A DNA stretch of 64,000 nucleotides from an uncultured Ignavibacteriales bacterium (GCA_964526835.1 CAZGMK010000008.1:5290-69289), one strand, 5' to 3'. Positions 37,582-47,555 are shown, counted from the first letter of the stretch. Notes: a model not told the origin generated them from the letters alone. Numbers and translations: made by a program.

Positions 37582-37998
37582 ATGGATAATAAGATAGCAC
37601 AGTTCATGTTCGAGAAGACCGGTGTCAACAAGTTCAGCAAGTACCTGGATGTATCGTCGTTCAGGCACAAGCTGATAGCCGGGAACCTGTCCAACGTCTC
37701 GACTCCGGGCTATCGTAGTCGCGACATCGATTTTCAGGCCGAGTTCAGTCGCGCCGTGGGCCAACCATCGGGTCTGATCGGGACTACTACCCATCCGAAT
37801 CACATTCCGATCGGTGAGCATGCAGCCAAGGACCCCGATGTGGAAGAAGCCGAGCTTGTCGAGAGCGAATTGAACGCTGTCGATCCGGATCGTGAGGTCT
37901 CCAACTTGGCCCAGAATGAGTTGATCTACACTGTCGGGGCCAGGCTGCTGAAACGGAAATTCGACGGCCTGCGAAAAGCGATCACCAACGGACAATAG
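37582..37998 (+). CDS. flgB: Flagellar basal-body rod protein FlgB
   Basis: 138 aa with R...IA.N..N..TPGY...D..F, followed by flgC. Confidence 0.9.
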   Translation: MDNKIAQFMFEKTGVNKFSKYLDVSSFRHKLIAGNLSNVSTPGYRSRDIDFQAEFSRAVGQPSGLIGTTTHPNHIPIGEHAAKDPDVEEAELVESELNAVDPDREVSNLAQNELIYTVGARLLKRKFDGLRKAITNGQ

Positions 37999-38010
37999 GA
38001 TTGAATTGAT

Positions 38011-38505
38011 ATGACCCGAATACTCAACGCCATTCAGACCTCGTCTCAGGGGTTGTCGGTCCAGCGCCGCAGGATGAACACCGTGGCGGAAAATATAGCC
38101 AACGCCGAGACCACGAGAACCGAGGATGGCGGGCCATACCGCCGCAAGCGGCTGGTAGTCGAGCAGAGCGAGGTCAAGGGTACATTCGATTCGATGCTTT
38201 CGAAGGCAGGTATTCAACTCCGGCGCACCAATCCCTCTCACGTGCCATCTTACACCCACCCGAGTACTCGGAAGGTGGCCCTGCCGACCGTCGAAGCCGA
38301 GCAGGTTGTCGATCCGAAGGCCGACTACAGGCTGGTCCACGAACCCACTCATCCCGATGCGGATGAGGACGGTTACGTCCGCCTCCCGGATATAGATATT
38401 GTGACCGAGATGGTCGACATGATGGCCGCCAGCAGGGCTTACGAGGCCAACACTGTGGCGATATCGTCGGCCAAGAAGATGGCCAAGGATGCATTGGACA
38501 TATAA
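38011..38505 (+). CDS. flgC: Flagellar basal-body rod protein FlgC
   Basis: L.VQR.RMN..AENIAN..TT and the C-terminal E...M..A.R.YEAN are FlgC signatures. Confidence 0.92.
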   Translation: MTRILNAIQTSSQGLSVQRRRMNTVAENIANAETTRTEDGGPYRRKRLVVEQSEVKGTFDSMLSKAGIQLRRTNPSHVPSYTHPSTRKVALPTVEAEQVVDPKADYRLVHEPTHPDADEDGYVRLPDIDIVTEMVDMMAASRAYEANTVAISSAKKMAKDALDI

Positions 38506-38523
38506 CGAAGTAGGGTTCCAATT

Positions 38524-38859
38524 ATGAAAGTCAACCCCATCGGCGTTCAGTCGTACCAGGAGTTGGTCAAGCGTGACCAGGCTCCGGCTCAGAAGCCCCT
38601 CCAGGAGGGCGAATCCGGGCGATCCACGATCAAACCGCTGAATATCAAGCCGCAGGATGAAGCTCAGCGGTCACGCCTGGTGGTCAAGGCGCCGCGTGCT
38701 TCGTATGCAGACAACCTCAGTGAGGCCGAACAGCGGGCGCTTGATCTTCTCTTCAGCCGGTTTCGTGATACCGGTCGCTTCGGCCCCGGCTACAAGGTCG
38801 GTGATGCCGCCGGAGGCGATGAATCACCTGTCGGCAATTTCGTTGATGTGAAAGCGTAG
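38524..38859 (+). CDS. Hypothetical protein inserted between flgC and fliE
   Basis: 111-aa ORF with tight spacing in the operon. The N-terminus MKVNPIGVQSYQ loosely recalls FlgM-type N-termini, but the rest is unlike FlgM. Confidence 0.5.
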   Translation: MKVNPIGVQSYQELVKRDQAPAQKPLQEGESGRSTIKPLNIKPQDEAQRSRLVVKAPRASYADNLSEAEQRALDLLFSRFRDTGRFGPGYKVGDAAGGDESPVGNFVDVKA

Positions 38860-38867
38860 AGCTGACC

Positions 38868-39182
38868 ATGAGCGGTGATATTGTTAAGATCAATCGAGTT
38901 CTTCCTGGCCTGCTGGATGGGGTTGGGGGCGTCAAGCCGGCTGCGCCGGCCAAAACCGACGGCCCCGGCTTCGCCGAGCAGCTGGGAAAACTGCTCGATG
39001 CAGCCAACGAGGCGCAACTGGAAGCCGGCGAGATTCAGGAGGCCTTCGTCAACGGTGAGCCGGTCGAGTTGCACCAGGTCATGATAAAGGCCGAGCAGGC
39101 CGGATTGACCATGGACCTCCTGATGGAGGTAAGAAACAAGCTCGTAACCGCCTACAAGGACATGGTGACCATGCCGATGTAG
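38868..39182 (+). CDS. fliE: Flagellar hook-basal body complex protein FliE
   Basis: 104 aa. FA..L......N..Q..A and the C-terminal VRNK.V.AY.....MP. are conserved in FliE. Confidence 0.9.
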   Translation: MSGDIVKINRVLPGLLDGVGGVKPAAPAKTDGPGFAEQLGKLLDAANEAQLEAGEIQEAFVNGEPVELHQVMIKAEQAGLTMDLLMEVRNKLVTAYKDMVTMPM

Positions 39183-39250
39183 GCTTTTGGGGCCTAGTGC
39201 CCGGCGTCGCCACGGATCGGTGACGCGCAAATGCGAAATAGGATTTTCGG

Positions 39251-40813
39251 ATGGAAGGGCTCAAAGAGTTTTTTAAGGGCTTCGCCCAGTTCATCGGTCG
39301 CATGACCCCCAGCCAGGTTATGATGCTGCTGGGAGTGACCGCCGGCACCCTGGTGGGAATCATTCTCCTTGTGGGTTGGCTTGGTGATACTACCTATGCC
39401 CGCCTGTATACCAATCTCGATGAAAGAGAGGCAGGCGAGGTTATCACCTGGCTGCAGGAGAACAAGATTGACTATCAGCTCCTGGACGGTGGCCGCAGTA
39501 TCGAGGTGCCGTCCGACAAGGTGTATTCCACCAGGATAGCGCTGGCTACCCAGGGCCTGCCCAATTCGGGCCAGGTCGGGTACTCGATCTTCGACCAGAG
39601 CAATCTCGGCATGACCGATTTTCTCCAGAACCTGAATTTCCGCAGGGCGCTGGAAGGCGAGATCACGCGGACGATCATGCAGCTCGACGAAGTCGACGCC
39701 GCCCGGGTGCATATCGTCATGCCCAAGGACCGATTGTTCAAGGAAGACCAGCAGAAGGCCACTGCCTCGGTAGTGCTGAAGCTGAGGGGCAGCGACAAGT
39801 TGAACCGTCGACAGCTGGCCGGAGTGACTCACCTGGTGGCTGCCTCGGTTGAGGGGCTCGAACCCGACAATATTACCATCGTCGATTACGGCGGCAACCT
39901 GCTCAGTTCGGCCCAACAGGCCGGTCCTACTATCGGCCTGAGCAACTCCCAGCTCGAAGTCACCCAGCGTGTCGAGCAGCACCTGCAGAGCAAGGCCCAG
40001 ACCATGCTCGAAGAAGTCATGGGAGCAGGTAAGTCGGTCGTGCGGGTTACGGCCAAGCTGGACTTCCAGCAACTCGAACGAACATCTGAAGTCTTCGATC
40101 CGAACGCGCCGTCGATACGGTCCGAGGAGCGCGTCAAGGAGTCGACGAAGGAAGCGGACAAAGCCGCCGAGACGGCCGAGAGCGAGTCCGAGAATCAGTA
40201 TGAAACTACGCGCACCAACTACGAGCTAAACAAGACTGTAGAACATGTCATTGACGCGGTCGGCACGATCGATCGACTTACCGTCGCCGTCATGGTTGAC
40301 GGCGTATATGAGAAGGTCACGGCTGAGGACGGGACTATTACGGAGGTGTATAAGCCTCGGTCGACGGAGGAACTGGACCGCCTCGAGTCAATTGTGCGCA
40401 ACGCGGTCGGCTTCGATACCGAGCGGAACGATCAGATAGAGATGGTCAATATTGCCTTCGATCGGCGCAATCTCGACGAGGATCGGCAGGCTCTGGACGC
40501 CATGTATCTGCGCGACTTCTACATGGATATCGCGACCAAGGTTGGCTGGGTGTTGCTGATCCTGATCGCCGTGCTGTACTTGCGCAAAAAGGCTCGCAAA
40601 CTGTTCGCGGCGCTGGCTCAGATACTACCTCAGCCCAGGCCGGCGCGCCCCCAACCGACCGCTGGACAGCCGGCCGATGAGGAGGAAGAGGAGGATGTAA
40701 AACCGCTCAGGCCCGAGCGCCGCAAACCTAAGCTGGTCGAACGGATGCAGGAGACGGCGCGAGAACAACCTGAGGAAATCGCCAAGGTCATCAAGACTCT
40801 GATGGTCGACTGA
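39251..40813 (+). CDS. fliF: Flagellar MS-ring protein FliF
   Basis: 520 aa with an N-terminal TM segment. It contains the YAR.LY..L....A..I...L motif, a second TM near the C-terminus and a charged tail. Confidence 0.93.
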   Translation: MEGLKEFFKGFAQFIGRMTPSQVMMLLGVTAGTLVGIILLVGWLGDTTYARLYTNLDEREAGEVITWLQENKIDYQLLDGGRSIEVPSDKVYSTRIALATQGLPNSGQVGYSIFDQSNLGMTDFLQNLNFRRALEGEITRTIMQLDEVDAARVHIVMPKDRLFKEDQQKATASVVLKLRGSDKLNRRQLAGVTHLVAASVEGLEPDNITIVDYGGNLLSSAQQAGPTIGLSNSQLEVTQRVEQHLQSKAQTMLEEVMGAGKSVVRVTAKLDFQQLERTSEVFDPNAPSIRSEERVKESTKEADKAAETAESESENQYETTRTNYELNKTVEHVIDAVGTIDRLTVAVMVDGVYEKVTAEDGTITEVYKPRSTEELDRLESIVRNAVGFDTERNDQIEMVNIAFDRRNLDEDRQALDAMYLRDFYMDIATKVGWVLLILIAVLYLRKKARKLFAALAQILPQPRPARPQPTAGQPADEEEEEDVKPLRPERRKPKLVERMQETAREQPEEIAKVIKTLMVD

Positions 40814-40822
40814 GGATAGCTC

Positions 40823-41830
40823 ATGAATTACGATGACCTGAAACCAATGCAGAAGGCCGCCATCGCCCTGATCGCCTTCGGCCCCGAGGTGTCGGCCCAC
40901 GTGCTCAAGGGGATGTCGGAACAGGATCTCGAGGCGATAACCGTCGAAATCGCCAACCTTCGCGATGTGCCTCCCGAGATCGAAGAAAAGATTGTCGACG
41001 AATGCCATCAGATCTTCATGGCCCGCGAATACATTTCTCAGGGTGGTGTTGATTTCGCACGTTCATTGCTGGAGCGGGCTGTCGGCGGATCCCGGGCCAA
41101 CGAAATCCTCAAACGCCTGGAATCATCGATCAAGCACACCGGCTTTTCGATGATCAAGGATATTGATCCGAAGCAACTGGTCGGATTTCTCCAGAACGAG
41201 CACCCCCAGACCATCTCGCTTATCCTTACTCAGCTCTCGGCGCAACACTCTGCGGCGGTGCTGGCCGAGCTCTCTCCCGAACTCCAGGCCGAGGTTTCCC
41301 TTCGCATAGCAACGATGGAAAAAATCGCTCCGGAGATCCTGCACGAGATCGAGGGGACGCTTCAGGGGCACTTCGAAGGCACTGGCGGCGAGATGTCTGT
41401 ATCCGGCGGCGCCAAGGCGATCGCGGAAATACTCAATCTCATCGATACATCGGCCGAGAAGAACATTCTTCAGAGTCTCGAAGCCGAGGACCCGGACCTG
41501 GCCGGTGAGATCAAGAACATGATGTTCGTGTTCGACGACCTGATCCTGCTTGACGATCGTTCGGTCCAGCGGCTGCTCAAGGAAGTGGAGACCAAGGACC
41601 TGTCGTTGGCTCTCAAAGCGGCCAGCGACACGGTCAAGACGAAGATTTTCAGCAACGTCTCCGAACGCGTGAAAGTCATGATCGAGGAGGAAATGGAGTT
41701 CATGGGCCCGACAAGGCTATCCGATGTCGAGGCGGCCCAGAGTCGAATCGTGGAGGCCGTACGTCGTCTGGAGGAAGAAGGCCAGATTATCATCTCCGGC
41801 CGCGGCGGCAAGGAGGATGTCATTGTCTAA
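40823..41830 (+). CDS. fliG: Flagellar motor switch protein FliG
   Basis: 335 aa with KAA..L...G.E.....L, MFVFDDL and EAQ..I motifs. Confidence 0.95.
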   Translation: MNYDDLKPMQKAAIALIAFGPEVSAHVLKGMSEQDLEAITVEIANLRDVPPEIEEKIVDECHQIFMAREYISQGGVDFARSLLERAVGGSRANEILKRLESSIKHTGFSMIKDIDPKQLVGFLQNEHPQTISLILTQLSAQHSAAVLAELSPELQAEVSLRIATMEKIAPEILHEIEGTLQGHFEGTGGEMSVSGGAKAIAEILNLIDTSAEKNILQSLEAEDPDLAGEIKNMMFVFDDLILLDDRSVQRLLKEVETKDLSLALKAASDTVKTKIFSNVSERVKVMIEEEMEFMGPTRLSDVEAAQSRIVEAVRRLEEEGQIIISGRGGKEDVIV

Positions 41831-42536
41831 GATCCTCCGGCAGGTACGCAACGCCCCGGCGGTTCCGATCGGGAGCCGTGATATCGACGCGGAAGTACAG
41901 CAACACGCGGAGGAGAAGCTCCGGCGGTTGCTGCCGATGGTGGATGTCCTCACCGACTCTCGGGGTGCAAGGCTTATACCGGTGACGGAGATCACCAAGA
42001 TAGAGAAGGCCTTTCTCGACGAGATCGCCGCTTCCTCCAAACTCGGCCGCGAACAAGGAATCAAGGAGGGGCATGCCCGGGGTCTGCAGGAAGGCCTCGC
42101 CAAATCGCGCGAAGTGATGAACCAGATGCAGAAGGCAATCGGGGATGTTGTGGGTCAGAGACAGTCGCTGCTTGACGAAGCGAAAGAGCATGTCCTTGAC
42201 CTGATCCTGAAGATCAGCCACAAGGTCACCTTCAATGCGGTCGAGGTCGATCCCGAAGTAACGGCGAAGATCATCCGGGGGGTTATCGACACGTTGATCG
42301 ATCGGTCCCGTCTTAAGATAAAGGTGCATCCCGATCACCTGCCGATCATCGAACAGAACATCAATCAGTTTCTCGAAGGATCGACTTCCATCAAAGAAAT
42401 TGCGATCCAGGCCGATCCGCGGGTGGGCTACGGCGGCTGCTTCATCGAGACTCCGTCCGGGGATATCGATGCCAGGCTTGAGTCGCAGTTCGAGATCATT
42501 GCTTCGCAGTTGCGGACCGTGGAGGATGGCGAATGA
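41817..42536 (+). CDS. fliH: Flagellar assembly protein FliH
   Basis: It sits between fliG and fliI, with a coiled-coil N-half and a FliH/YscL-like C-half. I chose the ATG at 41817, which follows aaggagg. The track ORF start at 41724 lies inside fliG. Confidence 0.7.
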   Translation: MSLSKILRQVRNAPAVPIGSRDIDAEVQQHAEEKLRRLLPMVDVLTDSRGARLIPVTEITKIEKAFLDEIAASSKLGREQGIKEGHARGLQEGLAKSREVMNQMQKAIGDVVGQRQSLLDEAKEHVLDLILKISHKVTFNAVEVDPEVTAKIIRGVIDTLIDRSRLKIKVHPDHLPIIEQNINQFLEGSTSIKEIAIQADPRVGYGGCFIETPSGDIDARLESQFEIIASQLRTVEDGE

Positions 42537-43927
42537 CCTGGCTGCCATACGATATCTGGGCCGAACGTATTGACACAGCCCGGACCATCAAGCACTACGG
42601 CAAGGTGACTCGCGTGGTGGGCCTTGTGATCGAATCGGCCGGTCCGGCGGTGTCGATTGGACGACTTTGCCAGATCGAGAATTATGACAACGGCGCCCGT
42701 ATCCTGGCCGAGGTCGTCGGCTTTCGCGATGATCGGATCCTGCTTATGCCACTGGGCTCGATAACCGGAATCACTCCCGGCGCCATCGTCACCTCGACTT
42801 TCGAACAGCTCCGCATCCCGGTCGGACCGCAGCTCATCGGCAGGGTGGTCGGCGGCCTGGGTGAACCCATAGACGACAAGGGGCCGATTGCCTCCAGCGT
42901 CAACCGTTGGATCAATGCCCAGCCGATTCCGGCTCTCCGGCGCCGACGCATCGCCGAGCCGATCCGCACCGGCATCAGGGTCATTGACACGATGGCGACG
43001 GTAGGCAAAGGCCAGCGCATGGGGATATTCTCCGGCTCGGGAGTTGGCAAATCCGTGACTCTCGGCATGATCGCGCGGGGCTCTTCGGCCGACGTGAACG
43101 TGGTGGCGCTGGTGGGGGAGCGTGGTCGCGAGGTACGCGAATTCATCGAACGCGACCTGGGCCCCGAGGGCATGCGTAATTCCGTGGTTGTCGCCGTCAC
43201 TTCCGATCAGCCGGCCCTTATCCGGGTCAAAGGAGCCCTGGTCGCAACTACCATCGCCGAGTACTTTCGGGATCAGGGGAAAGACGTAATGTTGATGATG
43301 GACTCCCTGACCCGCATCGCCATGGCCCAGCGCGAAATCGGCATCGCGGTCGGTGAACCGCCCACCACCAAGGGGTACACGCCCTCGGTGTTCGCCCTCC
43401 TGCCGCAACTGCTGGAGCGGGCCGGGCAGTCTGATCGAGGCTCCATCACCGGCCTGTACACAGTGCTTGTCGAAGGGGACGACTTCAACGAACCGGTTTC
43501 CGATGCTGTACGTTCGATTCTCGATGGACACGTAGCGCTCTCGCGCCGTCTGGCCGCCCGCAACCAGTACCCGGCGGTGGATGTGCTCGACTCAATTTCC
43601 CGCCTGATGAAAGACATCGTCACCGGCGAGGAAATCGAACTGGCCGGTCGCGTCAAGCGGCTGCTGTCGATACACAGGGAGAACGAAGATGTGATCAACA
43701 TCGGTGCGTACAATCGCGGTTCCAATCCGGCCATCGACATGGCCATCGAAAAACTCGAGCCACTCATGGAGTTCTTCCGGCAGGGGATTGACGAGCGGGC
43801 CGATCATGGGGAATCGATAAGACGTCTCGCGGAAATACTCGGCGGGACCCAGACCGCAGACGACCAGAGTCAGGATGCGCAAAATGAAGAAGTTTCGATA
43901 TCGGCTGCAGGCCCTGCTCAAGGTTAA
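42533..43927 (+). CDS. fliI: Flagellum-specific ATPase FliI
   Basis: It has Walker A GSGVGKS and Walker B MLMMDSLTR, and resembles the F1 beta subunit. Confidence 0.96.
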   Translation: MTWLPYDIWAERIDTARTIKHYGKVTRVVGLVIESAGPAVSIGRLCQIENYDNGARILAEVVGFRDDRILLMPLGSITGITPGAIVTSTFEQLRIPVGPQLIGRVVGGLGEPIDDKGPIASSVNRWINAQPIPALRRRRIAEPIRTGIRVIDTMATVGKGQRMGIFSGSGVGKSVTLGMIARGSSADVNVVALVGERGREVREFIERDLGPEGMRNSVVVAVTSDQPALIRVKGALVATTIAEYFRDQGKDVMLMMDSLTRIAMAQREIGIAVGEPPTTKGYTPSVFALLPQLLERAGQSDRGSITGLYTVLVEGDDFNEPVSDAVRSILDGHVALSRRLAARNQYPAVDVLDSISRLMKDIVTGEEIELAGRVKRLLSIHRENEDVINIGAYNRGSNPAIDMAIEKLEPLMEFFRQGIDERADHGESIRRLAEILGGTQTADDQSQDAQNEEVSISAAGPAQG

Positions 43928-44339
43928 GGAGCACATTGAACGCGAGCGGCAGAAGGAACATGGTGTGGCCGTGGCCAAGGTGATGCGGCAGAAGCGCGAG
44001 CTGGCGGAAGTTGAGAATCAAAAGGACACCACCATTGAGGACCAGCGCGAACGTCTCGGGCAGCGCTTCACAGTCGCCGATATGCTGGTCTATTCTCGCT
44101 ATATTCAGAAGCTGCGACGTGACAGAGTAGTGGGGGAGAACCTGCTGGAAGGGCTCAACAAGGACGCCGAACAGAAGCGCGACAAGCTCGTCGCCGCATC
44201 GCGAGAGAAGCGGAAACACGAGAAACTGCGCGACCGTCAGAGAGAACGTCATACAAAGCAGGCCGAGGACATGATGACGAAGGACAACGACGAGACAGCC
44301 CTCAACGTCTATCGGCGTAAGGAGACGGATGTATCCTGA
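43875..44339 (+). CDS. fliJ: Flagellar export chaperone FliJ
   Basis: 154 aa and coiled-coil. F.YRLQ.LL.V is the typical FliJ start. It overlaps the fliI 3' end by about 44-53 nt, depending on which Met is used. Confidence 0.72.
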   Translation: MRKMKKFRYRLQALLKVKEHIERERQKEHGVAVAKVMRQKRELAEVENQKDTTIEDQRERLGQRFTVADMLVYSRYIQKLRRDRVVGENLLEGLNKDAEQKRDKLVAASREKRKHEKLRDRQRERHTKQAEDMMTKDNDETALNVYRRKETDVS

Positions 44340-44572
44340 CCTCGTCTGATGTCCCGCCGAGAAAACTGCCCGCCGGTTGTCAGGGGGCGGTAGTCCTCTC
44401 GGTGTCAGAATCTGCCCACAAAAGGCTCTATATGCATGCTCGTCATCGCGCCATCGCGGGAACCCGCTGCAGGCGATGAGGAATAGTTCTCATTGAACTT
44501 GAACGGATTGGACTGCGAGGCCTACCTGCGGCGAACCTCGCAGTGACATCATCAGAAAATCTCCATGACGAA

Positions 44573-45349
44573 TTAGAAGCAGGGAGCAGGAGGGTCGCCG
44601 CCCTGGAACATGTACGCAACCAGGGCAACCAGATCGGATATGTCGATTTCACCCTCGCCGTCGATATTGGCTTCTTCGGGACAGGGCGGAGCAGCGCCGC
44701 CACCGAACATGTAGTCGACCAGCGCTACCAGGTCCGAGATATCGACGTTGTCGTCGACGCTGCCGTCGACATTACCGCGGTCGCCGATGCAGCAGCCGCT
44801 CTCCTCCATACTGAGGGTTCCCGAGACAAACTGCGGGATGAACACTTCGGCTGACCCGGTGGAGAAGGACGTGCGATGTTCAACCTGGTCCTGGACTACC
44901 GTTATCGTGTCGAATGTGACTACCTGGGGATCCAGCGATGTAGGCCACCCGACATGGAGGACGCCGAGCAATCCGGCGCCAGCCGGAATCAGGTCCTCCC
45001 AGGCGATTGCGTAGATCGATACAGCCGTCGCTGAAGCCGACCATCCAATCATCGACAACGACCCGACTCGCCCGCCGGCAAAGGAGAACGAATCGACGTG
45101 AACATCGGGTGAGTCCCACGTCAGGGTTACTTCGAGTCCGCCCAACTCCTCATCGTTAACAAAATGGATTGGGATGGCGGCCTGGCCGGAGCCCACCGAG
45201 GCCGTCAGGTCGTCTACGATTACGGTGTCGGGGATTCCCGGATCATCGATCATCTGGGCCTGGGCTGTCGCCCCGGCCATGAGGATCAGCGACATACAAA
45301 TAGCCAGCGCAATTCTGCTACACATAGACATATTCCTGTTCTTGCTCAT
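44573..45349 (-). CDS. Secreted protein with a cohesin-like domain and two C-terminal dockerin-like Ca-binding repeats
   Basis: I chose the start at MSKNRNMSMCSRIALAICMSLILMAGATAQA, which looks like a signal peptide. The C-terminus has NVDGSVDDNVDISDLVALVDYMF and NIDGEGEIDISDLVALVAYMF. The upstream 70 codons of the track ORF lack coding character. Confidence 0.65.
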   Translation of the reverse strand: MSKNRNMSMCSRIALAICMSLILMAGATAQAQMIDDPGIPDTVIVDDLTASVGSGQAAIPIHFVNDEELGGLEVTLTWDSPDVHVDSFSFAGGRVGSLSMIGWSASATAVSIYAIAWEDLIPAGAGLLGVLHVGWPTSLDPQVVTFDTITVVQDQVEHRTSFSTGSAEVFIPQFVSGTLSMEESGCCIGDRGNVDGSVDDNVDISDLVALVDYMFGGGAAPPCPEEANIDGEGEIDISDLVALVAYMFQGGDPPAPCF

Positions 45350-45590
45350 TGTCAGCAGCAAATCTGATGCAACTACGCTAGCAATTATTACCGAGGCGTC
45401 TCCGGAGAAGTAAGGGACTGGTACTCTTGATCTTCGACCGACACCAATATAGGCGCATCCGGCCGCTTTGGCAACAGCTTTCTCACGGCTATCAACACCG
45501 TTTATGCAAAACGCTTCAATTCTGCGCTTACGAATGGCCGAAACCAGCGGCGCTCTCACGTTTTTTGCAGTTCCTGCCGATGCAATTGAT

Positions 45591-45803
45591 ATGAATAAGC
45601 AGCGTGGCCAGAAGAAGGTGCAGCGGTGTGTCTATGTCCAGGCCTGTTATCTGGCTGAGGAACTGAGGTGTTTCGGGTACAAGACCGACTGTCCGCTCTA
45701 TCAGGAGTCGACGGGGGAGCTTTATAACAAGGCCAGGTTCGATGAGGCCATGGACAGACTGATCAACAAGACCGCCGCCAAGTACCAGCGAAATAACAAG
45801 TAG
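45591..45803 (+). CDS. Small hypothetical protein (70 aa)
   Basis: Internal Met of the 111-aa track ORF (MNKQRGQKKV...). It is followed by a strong terminator at 45839-45875. I recognise no family, so the call is weak. Confidence 0.3.
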   Translation: MNKQRGQKKVQRCVYVQACYLAEELRCFGYKTDCPLYQESTGELYNKARFDEAMDRLINKTAAKYQRNNK

Positions 45804-45838
45804 CTCCCTTCGATCGCTGATTGGCAGGGTGCGGGGCA

Positions 45839-45875
45839 GAGGCCGACGGAAGATTTTTCCGTCGGCCTTCGTTAT
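45839..45875 (+). terminator. Rho-independent terminator
   Basis: 12-bp perfect stem aggccgacggaa/ttccgtcggcct with loop gattt, followed by tcgttattt. Confidence 0.75.
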
Positions 45876-46008
45876 TTGATTCCGCGGCTGTCTCGACCGC
45901 CGCCTTTTCGGGTAATCCGGGAACCACATAAGTAGTTAGTCGGCACAGGCTTACTGGATTGTCTGCAGCCTCGGCACGGCTGCTGCTTACATCGGGGCGG
46001 AGAAATAT

Positions 46009-46743
46009 ATGATTAAGGGACTGTATACATCCGCCTCGGGCATGTTGCCCCACATCAAGAAGCAGGAGTTGTCGGCCAATAACCTGGCTAACGCCTCGAC
46101 TTCCGGCTACAAGAAAGACCGGGTTTTCACTCGTGAGCTGACCAAAGCCGAAACCAGGCTGGCCTCGACTCCAACCGAGTGGGCCCAGCCGATGACCGAT
46201 CATATCTACACCGATTTCCAGTCCGGTGCTTTCAGTCGCACCGATAACCCCCTGGATTTCGCCATTGAGGGCGATGGATTCTTCGCCCTGCAGGCTCCCG
46301 ATGGTCAGATACTCCTGACGCGCTCGGGATCATTCGCGGCCTCACCGGAAGGGCTGCTGACCTTTCCCGGGGGAGCGCTGGTGATCGGCGAGGGCGGTCC
46401 GATTGAAATCGGCAACGGCCGGGTCGAGGTGTCCTACACCGGCGATGTTCAGGTCGACGGCTTCACGGTTGGCCGACTGGTCCCCGTAACCGTACCTGAT
46501 CTTACGCGACTGGAGAAGGTCGGCGGCTCGATGTTCGCGGTCCCGCCCGGGCAGGAACTGATCCCCCTTGAGGACATCACGATCAGGCAGGGATACCTTG
46601 AAGCCTCGAATGTCGACATCGTGTCCGAGATGGTGGATATGATTGCATCGTACCGGGCTTATGAGGCCAACGCCAAGGCGGTGCAGTCCCAGGATAGCTC
46701 ATTGGAACACCTGTTCAATCGCGTCGCGTCACGCGGCCAGTAA
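46009..46743 (+). CDS. flgF: Flagellar basal-body rod protein FlgF
   Basis: 244 aa with N-terminal SASGM......L...ANNLAN..T.GYK. The C-terminal SNV....EM..MI...R.YEAN is present. It precedes flgG. Confidence 0.82.
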   Translation: MIKGLYTSASGMLPHIKKQELSANNLANASTSGYKKDRVFTRELTKAETRLASTPTEWAQPMTDHIYTDFQSGAFSRTDNPLDFAIEGDGFFALQAPDGQILLTRSGSFAASPEGLLTFPGGALVIGEGGPIEIGNGRVEVSYTGDVQVDGFTVGRLVPVTVPDLTRLEKVGGSMFAVPPGQELIPLEDITIRQGYLEASNVDIVSEMVDMIASYRAYEANAKAVQSQDSSLEHLFNRVASRGQ

Positions 46744-46766
46744 TCGGGCAGGGATAGGAGAATAAG

Positions 46767-47555
46767 ATGCTGAAAGCCATGCGAACCGCTGCTTCTGGAA
46801 TGCAGAGCCAGCAGATGAATGTCGACAACATTGCCAACAACCTGGCTAATGTCAACACTACGGGCTTCAAGAAGAGTCGGATCGAGTTTCAGGACGTGCT
46901 CTATCAGAGGTATCGTCAGGCCGGCGTCACTTCCGCGGTAGGCTCCGAAGTGCCAAACGAACTGGCGGTCGGATACGGCGTCAAGCCGGTAGCCACCGTC
47001 CGGCACTTCTCGACCGGAAACCTCGAGCAGACCGGCAATCCTCTCGACATGGCCATCGACGGCGACGGGTTCTTTCAGGTACAGGCCCCGGACGGATCTA
47101 CCGTCTACACTCGCGATGGAGCCTTCAAGCTCTCGGCCGACGGGCGCGTTGTCAACTCGGATGGCCACGTGCTGTTGCCGGAGATCACGATACCCGAGGA
47201 CGCCGTCTCCGTATCGGTTGGTGTCGACGGCACGATCCAGGTGCGTCAGAGTGGTCAGGATATCGCCACCGATGTCGGTCAGATCGAACTGGCTCGGTTT
47301 GTTAATCCGGCCGGACTCTCAGCTCTCGGCCATAACCTTTACCGGGTGACCGGGGCTTCGGGCGACCCCATCACGGACACGCCGGGACAGGGTGGACTCG
47401 GTCAGATCAGCCAGGGCTACCTGGAGATGTCCAACGTGAGCGTTGTCGATGAGATGGTCAACATGATTGTCGCTCAGCGCGCATACGAGATGAATTCCAA
47501 GGCGATCCAGACAGCCGACGACATGTCCGGAATCGCCAACAACCTCAAGAGGTAG
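46767..47555 (+). CDS. flgG: Flagellar distal rod protein FlgG
   Basis: 262 aa with MRTAASGM.SQQ...D.IANNLANVNTTGFK, and a C-terminal LE.SNV..V.EMV.MI..QRAYE.NSK. Confidence 0.94.
   Translation: MLKAMRTAASGMQSQQMNVDNIANNLANVNTTGFKKSRIEFQDVLYQRYRQAGVTSAVGSEVPNELAVGYGVKPVATVRHFSTGNLEQTGNPLDMAIDGDGFFQVQAPDGSTVYTRDGAFKLSADGRVVNSDGHVLLPEITIPEDAVSVSVGVDGTIQVRQSGQDIATDVGQIELARFVNPAGLSALGHNLYRVTGASGDPITDTPGQGGLGQISQGYLEMSNVSVVDEMVNMIVAQRAYEMNSKAIQTADDMSGIANNLKR

Noticed and set aside
38524-38859. Calling this ORF flgM (anti-sigma-28).
   Set aside because: Only about 12 N-terminal residues resemble FlgM. The C-terminal half lacks the helical sigma-28-binding pattern I would expect. I kept it as hypothetical.
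45972-45987. A sigma-54-like motif (CGGCAC-N5-CTGCT) upstream of flgF.
   Set aside because: The GG/GC spacing is right, but the predicted transcription start (about 45998) falls on the flgF Shine-Dalgarno, only about 11 nt before the ATG. The -24 T and the -12 TT are also degenerate.
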